From contig CAWKKR010000001.1 in the NCBI GenBank assembly GCA_963850305.1, positions 544,001 to 608,000 on the forward strand: a DNA stretch of 64,000 nucleotides, read 5' to 3'. This stretch comes from an uncultured delta proteobacterium. GTDB taxonomy: Bacteria > Myxococcota_A > Polyangia > Polyangiales > Polyangiaceae. The notes below the pieces were generated by a model. It searched no databases, was not told the DNA's origin, and worked only from the letters and a program-made list of their open reading frames with translations. Positions within the stretch are counted from its first letter, which is position 1; each line of letters opens with the position of its first letter. The position numbers and the translations under genes are program-made. This document shows positions 31,255 through 39,364 of the stretch, piece by piece.

Positions 31255-32124
31255 CTATTTCCGCGCGCTCGCGGTGCCGATGACGACGCCGAGCTCGAAC
31301 TCTCTCCGGGACCAGTACTTTTCGATCGCGTCGTTGATGTACGCGAGGGGCGCGGCAAGATCGTCGACGCCCATGTGGGCCTGGAGTTCGGGGAGCACCA
31401 TCAGGCGCGTCACCGGGTCTTCGGTGAAGGCGCGACCTCCGGGGAACGACAAGCTGATTTGCCGGACATCGACGTCGATGTCCTCGAAGCCCGCGGACTC
31501 GAGCTCCTCGGAGAGCGACTCGATCGTCGGACGGCTGAGCATCGCCGTGTCGACGGCGCGACCCAGGTCGCCCTCGTCGTTCTTGAGGGAAAATTCTCGA
31601 ATGAGATCCCCGATTTCCTGGAACGAACCCCGGAGCGGCAACGACACCAGCGCCTGCCCGCCGGGATAGAGGATTCGCTCCATCTCCCCGAACAGGTCGA
31701 CGCGATCGTGGTCCGACCCGATCGGGTGCAGACACATCGCGTGCGAGAAGCCCTCCGCTTTCAGCTCGGTCGGGTAGCCCATCGCGACCTGATATTCGAG
31801 CTCGATGTCGGGCGTGATGGCCGCCTTGTTCCGCGCGAGCTCGATCGCGGCGATGGACGCGTCCACACCCACCACCGAGCACGTGTCGATCATCTCGAAG
31901 AGCTCCCGGTCCGGGTATCCGGTGCGGCATCCGAGGTGCGCGACGCGCGCCGTATCGCCGAGCAGCATCATGTTCAGCACCGCTTCGCCGAACTTCTCCA
32001 GATAGCGCGGCACCACGAAGGTCTCGAGGATGGCGACCTCTGCCGGGGTCAGCTTTCGGCCGAGCATGGCGGTCGGCGCGCGCGGCGCGATGCTCGTTCG
32101 GGGGCGCTCCACGGCTTGCATCAT
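31255..32124 (-). CDS. Class I SAM-dependent methyltransferase-like protein
   Basis: RVAHLGCRTG (degenerate motif I), VVGVDAS, EMERILYPGG. Confidence 0.8.
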   Translation of the reverse strand: MMQAVERPRTSIAPRAPTAMLGRKLTPAEVAILETFVVPRYLEKFGEAVLNMMLLGDTARVAHLGCRTGYPDRELFEMIDTCSVVGVDASIAAIELARNKAAITPDIELEYQVAMGYPTELKAEGFSHAMCLHPIGSDHDRVDLFGEMERILYPGGQALVSLPLRGSFQEIGDLIREFSLKNDEGDLGRAVDTAMLSRPTIESLSEELESAGFEDIDVDVRQISLSFPGGRAFTEDPVTRLMVLPELQAHMGVDDLAAPLAYINDAIEKYWSRREFELGVVIGTASARK

Positions 32125-32262
32125 CGGGGCACCGTTACTCTGCCCGAACGCTCGGCCGTCTGCTCCAACGACTTTCGAGAAAATCGTGAGTTCGTCGTCG
32201 CGCGTTGCGCGGGCAGCGGGAAATTCCGCTGCCGGAGACCAAACGCGCTTACTCTTGGAGCG

Positions 32263-32976
32263 ATGCGGGCCGCCGTTTTTGCCGCTGTTCTGGCGGGAGT
32301 GTTGGCTGCTGCGACCATGGGACGGCGCGAGCTCTCTTCGACGCCGCGCGTCGTTCCGGTGACCTCGGCGAGCTCGAGCTCGCGTGCCGCTCCGAGCGAG
32401 TGCCCACCCGGAACGCTACCGGACCGGGGCGTGTGCATTCCCGCGCCGAATCCCGGCAGGAGCGCGCGGCCGCTCGACGCCGCCCGTATCCATCGCTTTC
32501 CCGATCGCGCTCCCGAGTTCTCGCGGTACGTGCTGCCGGCATCGGGCACCGTGACCGATGCTCGTCGCAACTTCGAGCGCGACGGCGGGGTGCTCCTGAC
32601 CGGCACGTTCGTCGATGCGCCGGCCGGCACTCCCGTCACGGACGTCGCGCTCCGAGATCAGAGCGGCGACGCCCTCGTCGTCTACGCGGGACCTCTCGTC
32701 GGTGCAACGCTGGTGACGCTTCACGCCACCCGCATCAACGAGCGCCCGGAAGGGTACCTGGTCATCATCGGCAACCTCGTCACCGCGCCGGCGTACGCGC
32801 CGCACGCGAAGCTCTCCCCGGACACCGTCGTCGGCAAATCCGGAACGACCCCCCTTTATCTCGAAACGAGACTCGTCCGCCCCGACACCGACGTCTTCGC
32901 GCTGACGCCGAAGCAGCTCCTTGACGAGGCCACGACGGTGTCCGTCGATTTGCGGAACGTCTTTCGTGTCCGGTGA
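32263..32976 (+). CDS. Exported degenerate M23/LytM-fold protein
   Basis: N-terminal hydrophobic segment, CPPGTLPDRGVC, then APAGTPV...VVYAG..G..LVTLH...YLVIIGNL...VVGKSG..PLYLETR. This is the M23 pattern with the HxH replaced. Confidence 0.6.
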   Translation: MRAAVFAAVLAGVLAAATMGRRELSSTPRVVPVTSASSSSRAAPSECPPGTLPDRGVCIPAPNPGRSARPLDAARIHRFPDRAPEFSRYVLPASGTVTDARRNFERDGGVLLTGTFVDAPAGTPVTDVALRDQSGDALVVYAGPLVGATLVTLHATRINERPEGYLVIIGNLVTAPAYAPHAKLSPDTVVGKSGTTPLYLETRLVRPDTDVFALTPKQLLDEATTVSVDLRNVFRVR

Positions 32977-33063
32977 CGGCGTGGCGCGGGGGACAGAGAT
33001 GCACAGGAAGAGGTAAGGGCAGAAGGATTTGGGGGCCGCAACAGAGACGGCGCGGATGTCCGT

Positions 33064-33440
33064 GAAGCCGGCGAGGACGTCCGCATTCTGACCACGGACG
33101 TGAGCATCCTCGCCGACATCATGCACGTCCTGAGCGAGGACGCGTCCGTCCTGAGCGAGGACGCGTCCGTCCTGAGCGAGGACGCGTCCGTCCTGAGCGA
33201 GGACGCGTCCGTCCTGAGCGAGGACGCGGACATCCTGGGCGAGGACGCCGACGTCCTGAGCGAGGATGCGTCCGTCCTCGGCGAGGACGCGTCCGTCCTG
33301 AGCGAGGACGCGTCCGTCCTCGGCGAGGACGCTTCCGTCCTCGACGACATCATGCACGTCCTCGCCGAGATATGCGCGTCGTCGCCGAGATCATGCGCAT
33401 CCTCGGCGACATCATGCACGTCCTCGGCGCGGACCTTGGT
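33064..33440. repeat. 21-bp tandem array, ~18 units, core GTCCTGAGCGAGGACGCGTCC
   Basis: Four perfect units at 33127-33210 and diverged units either side; one unit is 20 bp (~33371). Imperfect inverted flanks at ~33001-33035 and ~33508-33545. Confidence 0.95.
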
Positions 33441-33578
33441 GTCCGCCGTGCGGCGCTGCCCATCGTCGGAGCGACCCCCTCGTTCCTGAGCCGCATCGCG
33501 CCGATAACCCCTCAAAATCCTTCCCGTCCTTCCGACTTCCCGTGCCCACTCTCCCATCTGGCACGGCGCCGCGCGCGC

Positions 33579-34268
33579 TCACGTCACGAGCTTGTAGCCG
33601 AAGCCGTAAACCGTGAGGATGTGCTTCGGCTTTTCGGGCTGCTTCTCGAGCTTCTTCCGGAGCTTGACGACGAAGTTGTCGATGGTGCGGTTCGAGGGGT
33701 TCGCTTCGATGCCCCATATCTTGTTGAGGATCTCGTCCCGGCTCACGGGTTGACCGGCGCGCTCGTGCAGGAGACGAAGGAGCTCGACCTCGTAGAAGGT
33801 GAGCTGCTCGGTCGTCTTGCCACGAGAGAGGGTGTGCGCCGCGATGTTGACGGTCGCGGGACCGATCTTGAAGCTACTCGCGGTCTCCGTCGGGCGGCTC
33901 GCGCGGCGGAAGAGGGCCCGGAGACGCGCGACCAGCTCGCCGGGACTGAACGGCTTCGTCATGTAGTCGTCGGCGCCGGCGTCGAGGCCCCGGATCTTGT
34001 CGGCTTCCTGGCTCCTGGCCGTGAGCATGATGATCGGGACGAAGGGGTCGTGCCGCCGGATGTCTTCGCAGATCTGATAGCCGTTCACATCGGGCAGCAT
34101 CAGATCGAGCAGCACGGCGTTCGGCTTCTCGTGACGGGCGAGCGCGACGCCCTGCTTGCCCGTGCCTGCGCTGACGACCCGGAACCCCTCGAACTCGAGC
34201 GCGTCCGCGATGCCGAGGGCCATCGCCGGCTCGTCTTCGATCACGAGGATGGTGCGCCGGGTCTCCAC
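33579..34268 (-). CDS. OmpR/PhoB-family response regulator
   Basis: ILVIEDE, LLDLMLP, GADDYMTKPF, winged helix RTIDNFVVKLRKKLE...TVYGFGYK. Confidence 0.97.
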   Translation of the reverse strand: METRRTILVIEDEPAMALGIADALEFEGFRVVSAGTGKQGVALARHEKPNAVLLDLMLPDVNGYQICEDIRRHDPFVPIIMLTARSQEADKIRGLDAGADDYMTKPFSPGELVARLRALFRRASRPTETASSFKIGPATVNIAAHTLSRGKTTEQLTFYEVELLRLLHERAGQPVSRDEILNKIWGIEANPSNRTIDNFVVKLRKKLEKQPEKPKHILTVYGFGYKLVT

Positions 34269-34319
34269 GTTCCGGCCGCATGTTAGCCTGTGGCCCGGAC
34301 GGTGGACAGAACCCCGTGG

Positions 34320-36410
34320 TCAGTCGGAAATGGGGCTCGCCGCGACGCCGCTCTTGAGACGATTGACGAGAGCGTCGAATGCTGGGTTGTAACCGAAGTC
34401 CTGCGTCGTGGGCGGCCCGGCGAGATTTCTGGCGCAAATGGACGCCACGAACGAGTCGTCCCCGAAGTCGTGGAGGACCTGGAGCTCGCGCAAGCCGGGG
34501 TAGGCCTTCGCGTAGATCTGGGTCTGACCGTACGCGTTGGCGTCGGTCGGATTGTTCGGGTCTTCTCCCGCGCCTTGACAGATTGGGTTCGCCTCCGATG
34601 CCTGCGCTGCGAGGCAATCACACCGGTGCACGCTAGTCGTGGGGGCCTGAGATTCGGCGAGGCAATCGCGTGGCGTTGCGAGCTGGAAGATGCACGCGTA
34701 CTGGAGGTCCGTGTTCTGGGCCGCGTTCCATTCATGGCCGTTGATCGGATTCGAGCCTGGCTGGCCCGGTGCCGGCGCATTCGTCGGCGGGACGATGGGA
34801 TCGCCTTGCGCGTCCGTACCGCTGCGCACTGCGGACGACTCCTGCATGAGAATGTCCGTCGGCTGCGTCGGCGCGGCGGTGCCGCTGGGACTCTGATTGC
34901 CGAGGATGACGTTCCACGTGCCGTTCGCCTTCATCTGCGCCGCGGTCTGATAGTGGAGGTCGCTGTCCGCGTAAGGCACGCCATTGCCGTCGACCTTGCT
35001 CGCGATGTCCTGCCAGGGCACGCCGAGAATGCCGCCCAGGTACACGAGAGAACGATCCCGGTGACCGGAGCCGCCGGCATAAATGGGATTGTCGACGATG
35101 CCCGACGCCGAGCAGCCCGCAAGACTGAGATCGGCGTGCGCAGGACAGATCTGCGGCTGCGTGAGCGCGTTCACGTAGCGCTGCGTGGGATAAAGGAAAT
35201 CGATGCCGTAGCGTCGCTTTTCGTCCCAGCAGCGCAGGTTCGCGGAGTCCTGCGCGGCCCAGCCTTGCTCACGCACCTGACAAGCCTGAGTCTCATCCGG
35301 GCAACCAGCCGGGGTGCCCGAGTTGCAATTGTGGCAACAGGGATCGTTCGGGTTCGCATCGCACTCCGGCGTCCCGGGCGGCATCGTGCCGGCGGAGGGA
35401 GGCATCGCGATGAGATAGTACTGCCCGCCCTCGATGATCGAGCAGTCGTTTTCGTCCGTGAGCATCACGACCGCGAGCAGCGAGTCGGGACGGAGAAACG
35501 CGGCGCGCTGGGCCAGCAACGTTTGATCGATACCCGACGGCGTGGCGCACTTGCTGCCGCCGCCCCCGCCGCACGATTCCACGCTGATCGATTGATACGG
35601 AGCAGGATCGACGAGGAAGCGGTACCACGACTCGAGCTGCGACTCGTAGCCACAGCCCTGGTCGTCAGTGGCCACCACCATGGCCGCCAGCGTTGTGTCG
35701 AACGGTCCCAGGGAGGCCGCAGCCTGACCGATCGCAGGATGCCAGTTCAGGAAGCCCTGCGACGGATCGACGACCTCTCCGCCGGGAGGATTTTGGTAAC
35801 GCGGGCGCGAACCGACGAGCCACGCGTGGTCATTCGCTTCCTGGTCGGTCACCTTCCCGGAGGTGTCCGAGCCGAGGCAACTGGTCGAGCCGTGCCCGCC
35901 GAGGCTCGAAGTGACGATGCCGACGTGCATGTCGGTGATGGGACTGAACTCCCGCGTCTCGCCCGCGGGGCAGGCGCTCTCCGGCGACGCTGCGGGATCC
36001 CCCACGCTGCCGTCCGCGCGGAGACAGTTCGGGTTGACGAGCCGCTGCACGAGCTGCGGCACGGACGCCTCGAGGACGGCCTGCTTGTCGGCCATCGAAC
36101 TCGAGTTGTCGATCATGAACAACAGGTCGAGCTGGTTCGATCGAACCGTCACCAACCCGCCGTCGATGCTACCTGACGCGGTCCCACCCGTCGCCAGTGC
36201 CGAACCCCCGCTTCCGAGTCCGCCCGCGCCCGAACCGCCGCCGTTGATGCCGCCCGCGTTCGAACCGCCGACCTGGCCTGCCCTGCCGCCGCTGTTCGAC
36301 GCAGTACCGCCTGCGCCTCCACCATCGGGGCCGCCCGGACCGGGGCTCGTCTCACCGCACCCGACCAACAAACACAAGCCGACGACCGCGCTTGCGAGCA
36401 TCCTCATCAT
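34320..36410 (-). CDS. Cys-rich vWA-domain lipoprotein, paralog A
   Basis: Lipobox LVGC, Gly-rich linker, DLLFMIDNSSSM (MIDAS DxSxS), VMLTDENDCS, many Cys. Confidence 0.85.
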   Translation of the reverse strand: MMRMLASAVVGLCLLVGCGETSPGPGGPDGGGAGGTASNSGGRAGQVGGSNAGGINGGGSGAGGLGSGGSALATGGTASGSIDGGLVTVRSNQLDLLFMIDNSSSMADKQAVLEASVPQLVQRLVNPNCLRADGSVGDPAASPESACPAGETREFSPITDMHVGIVTSSLGGHGSTSCLGSDTSGKVTDQEANDHAWLVGSRPRYQNPPGGEVVDPSQGFLNWHPAIGQAAASLGPFDTTLAAMVVATDDQGCGYESQLESWYRFLVDPAPYQSISVESCGGGGGSKCATPSGIDQTLLAQRAAFLRPDSLLAVVMLTDENDCSIIEGGQYYLIAMPPSAGTMPPGTPECDANPNDPCCHNCNSGTPAGCPDETQACQVREQGWAAQDSANLRCWDEKRRYGIDFLYPTQRYVNALTQPQICPAHADLSLAGCSASGIVDNPIYAGGSGHRDRSLVYLGGILGVPWQDIASKVDGNGVPYADSDLHYQTAAQMKANGTWNVILGNQSPSGTAAPTQPTDILMQESSAVRSGTDAQGDPIVPPTNAPAPGQPGSNPINGHEWNAAQNTDLQYACIFQLATPRDCLAESQAPTTSVHRCDCLAAQASEANPICQGAGEDPNNPTDANAYGQTQIYAKAYPGLRELQVLHDFGDDSFVASICARNLAGPPTTQDFGYNPAFDALVNRLKSGVAASPISD

Positions 36411-36573
36411 GCGAACCCCTTTCAGGCACAGAGTACCATCCGTCGTTGGTGGATGCGGCACGCCATTTCGGCTCAATGAAACGCGAACGACCGCGCCTCG
36501 GCGGGCTGCCCTCGTCTCGGGCGGCCCGGCACGCACCCTGCCCTACCGCCGCACTACACTTGGTCGCGCTTGC

Positions 36574-39099
36574 TCAGGGTCCCGCGTCGGAGGTCGACTG
36601 TGTCGCGCTGCCGCCCGCACCGGTGACGACGGTCGCCGTCGTGCCGTTCGCCTGGTTGCCGAAGCACGCGATGAGCAGCGTCGCGTCGGAGGCCGGCGTC
36701 TGGTGCTGCGGATCGTCGAAGTTGATGATGCGTTGCTCGTTGGCCGGACAGTTCGCCACGAGTGACTCGCTGTCGTTCGCGTTCTGCGACGGGTCCACGT
36801 AGCACCAGCCGGGGACGGCGTTCGGGTCCTCGGCGCCGGTGTGACAACCCGGATCCGCAGACGGCTGAAGAGCGCAGAACAGGAAAGCGTCACAGCTGTT
36901 GAGCGGCGGATCGCCGCAGACCTTCTGGTTCTTGAGCTGATCCTCGACCGGCCCGATGACGGCCGGATCGGCGGGCACGCGACCCTTGCTCGCGTCGCAC
37001 TGCTGGACGTCGGCGCGCGGCCGCGCTTCGATCAGGGTGCAGGGGATCGTCGGCTTGCCATCCGCGCCGACGACGGGCGTGAGCGTCAGGGGGAGGCACT
37101 TGCCCGAGAGCTGCTCTTTCAAGCGCTCCACGATCGAATCGACGGCAGGGTTGTAGCCGTAGTCCTGATCCGTGACGTTGCCGGTCAGATTCTTTGCGCA
37201 GATCGAGGCGACAATCGAGTTGGCCCCGAAGTCGTGGAGCACCTGGATCTCTCTCAGACCAGGGTAGCCCTTGGCGTAAATCTGATTCGTGCCGTAGGCA
37301 TTGGGATCGGTCGGATTGGCCGGGTCTTCCCCCATACCCTGACAGAGTGGGTTCGCATCCGAAGCCTTGACGTCCAGGCAGTCACACGCATGTGGCGAAC
37401 CAGCCTTGGCTTCGGCGGCGCAGTCGCGCGCCTTCGCGAGCGGGAAGATGCACGCGTACTGGAGGTCCGCGTTCTGGTCGGCGTTCCACTCGTGACCGTT
37501 GATCGGATTCGACCCCGGCTGCCCCGGTCCCGGCGCGCCCGCCGGGGGGACGATGGGATTTCCGTTGGCGTCGGTGCCGCTCCTCACCGCCGAGGATTCC
37601 TGCATGAGGATGTCCGTCGGCTGCGTCGGCGCGGTGGTACCGCCCGGGCTCTGATTGCCCAGAATCTTGTCCCACGTGCCGTTCGACGTCATCTGCGCCG
37701 CGGTCTGATAGTGGAGGCCGTTGTCCGTGTACGGCTTGCCCTTGGCATCGACCTGGGTATCGATGTCCTCCCAGGGCACGCCGACGATGCCGGCGAAGAA
37801 GACCAGGGACGGATCGCGAGGCGCACCGGAGCTCGCGAAGAGCGGGTTGTTCACCGGTTGAATCGGGTGACCTTGCCCGTCCGTGCAGTTCGTCGTGCTG
37901 AGATCCAGGTTGGCCGGGCAGATCAGCGGCTGCGAGAGCGCGTTCACGTAACGCTGCGTCGGGTAGAGGAAGTCTATGCCGTACCGCTTCTTATCTTCCC
38001 AGCACCGCAGATTCGCCGAGTCCTGCGCTGCCCAGCCCTGCTCCTTCGCCTGACAAGCCTGCGATTGATCCTGGCAACCACTTGGCGGTGCCGGAGTTCC
38101 GCAGTTCCGGCAGCACGGGTCGTTCGGGTTCTGATCGCACTCGGGCGTCCCGGGCGGGATGGTGCCGGCGCTCGTCGGCATCGCGACGAGGTAGTACTGG
38201 CCCTGTTCGATGATCGAGCAGTCGTTCTCGTCCGTCAGCATGATGATCGCGACGAGGGAGTCCGGCCGCAGAAACGCCGCCCGTTGAGTGATGACGGTCT
38301 GATCGACACCGGTCGGCGTTGCGCACTTGCCCCCGCCGCACGGCTGGAGCGAAATCGACTGATACGGCGTCGGATCGACGAGGAACCGGTACCATCCTTC
38401 GAGCTGCGACTCGTAACCACATCCCTGATCGTCGGTGGCCGTCACCATCGTCGTGAAGGTCGTCGTGAACGGGCCGATCTCTGCGCCGGCCTGGCCGGTA
38501 CCGGGTTCCCACGCGAGGAAGCCCTGCGCCTGATTGACGACTTCTCCGCCCGCGGGGTTCTTGTACCGCGGCCGTGAGCCGACGAGCTCCCCCTTGTCGT
38601 TCCCCTCTTCGACGGTGCTCGGTTGCGTGGGGTCACCCAGACACTGCGTTGCACCGTGACCGCCAAGGCTCGACGTCACGATGCCCACGTGAATGTCCCG
38701 GATCGGATTGAACTCGCGCGTCTCGGCGCCAGGACAATTCTGGTCCGGCGACGCCGCCCCCGCCCCGATGCTGCCGTCCGCATTGAGGCAGTTCGGGTTC
38801 ACCAGGCGCTGCACCAGCTGCGGCACCGCCGCCGTGAGCACGGCCTGCTTGTCGGCCATCGAGCTCGAGTTGTCGATCATGAACAAGAGGTCGATCTTGT
38901 TCACCGCCGTCTGATTCACCGTGTCGACGAACACGTTCGTCGTCCTCGGCGTGCAGTCCGTGTCGCACAAGGGCCGATCCAGACACGCGCTCGCCCCGAA
39001 CACCGCGCCCGCCACGCCGACCAGAGCCACGAGGCCCAGGCGAATCGCTCTCGAGATGCCGCGCTTGGGGGCCTTCCGGTCATTGACGATCGATTGCAT
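36574..39099 (-). CDS. Cys-rich vWA-domain lipoprotein, paralog B, with extra C-terminal Cys-rich domain
   Basis: AAGGAG RBS, lipobox ASAC, DLLFMIDNSSSMADKQ, IMLTDENDCS; collinear with paralog A. Confidence 0.85.
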   Translation of the reverse strand: MQSIVNDRKAPKRGISRAIRLGLVALVGVAGAVFGASACLDRPLCDTDCTPRTTNVFVDTVNQTAVNKIDLLFMIDNSSSMADKQAVLTAAVPQLVQRLVNPNCLNADGSIGAGAASPDQNCPGAETREFNPIRDIHVGIVTSSLGGHGATQCLGDPTQPSTVEEGNDKGELVGSRPRYKNPAGGEVVNQAQGFLAWEPGTGQAGAEIGPFTTTFTTMVTATDDQGCGYESQLEGWYRFLVDPTPYQSISLQPCGGGKCATPTGVDQTVITQRAAFLRPDSLVAIIMLTDENDCSIIEQGQYYLVAMPTSAGTIPPGTPECDQNPNDPCCRNCGTPAPPSGCQDQSQACQAKEQGWAAQDSANLRCWEDKKRYGIDFLYPTQRYVNALSQPLICPANLDLSTTNCTDGQGHPIQPVNNPLFASSGAPRDPSLVFFAGIVGVPWEDIDTQVDAKGKPYTDNGLHYQTAAQMTSNGTWDKILGNQSPGGTTAPTQPTDILMQESSAVRSGTDANGNPIVPPAGAPGPGQPGSNPINGHEWNADQNADLQYACIFPLAKARDCAAEAKAGSPHACDCLDVKASDANPLCQGMGEDPANPTDPNAYGTNQIYAKGYPGLREIQVLHDFGANSIVASICAKNLTGNVTDQDYGYNPAVDSIVERLKEQLSGKCLPLTLTPVVGADGKPTIPCTLIEARPRADVQQCDASKGRVPADPAVIGPVEDQLKNQKVCGDPPLNSCDAFLFCALQPSADPGCHTGAEDPNAVPGWCYVDPSQNANDSESLVANCPANEQRIINFDDPQHQTPASDATLLIACFGNQANGTTATVVTGAGGSATQSTSDAGP

Positions 39100-39166
39100 C
39101 ACTCAGGCTCCTTGAACGAATACGCCGAGCGCGGAGCCGTGGGTCCGTGCTCGAAGCAAGCGATTC

Positions 39167-39196
39167 GTTCTAAATGCGCGACATCACTCTTGTCAA
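39167..39196 (-). promoter_or_regulatory. Putative sigma70 promoter for the vWA lipoprotein pair
   Basis: TTGACA (39196-39191), 18 bp spacer, TAGAAC (39172-39167). Confidence 0.5.
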
Positions 39197-39364
39197 TCGC
39201 GCTGGACGGGACTGCCGAAGACGTGCACCCACGGTTCACCTTTCGAGTTGAAGTGAACAGAAACGGGCACACCTGCGGGTTCATGCGACCCAGGTCTTAC
39301 GCAAGGCGTGTGCCCGCGGGAAACGACGGCAAAAGCCCGGTATCCGGATCGCAGCCGCGGCAAC

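Noticed and set aside
33064..33440. CRISPR array
   Set aside because: Units are contiguous with no unique spacers; no cas genes in the window.
34320..39099. Naming the vWA lipoproteins cglB, or calling the pair a diversity-generating retroelement
   Set aside because: They are longer than I expect for CglB and orthology cannot be shown by eye; no reverse transcriptase, and differences are not adenine-specific.
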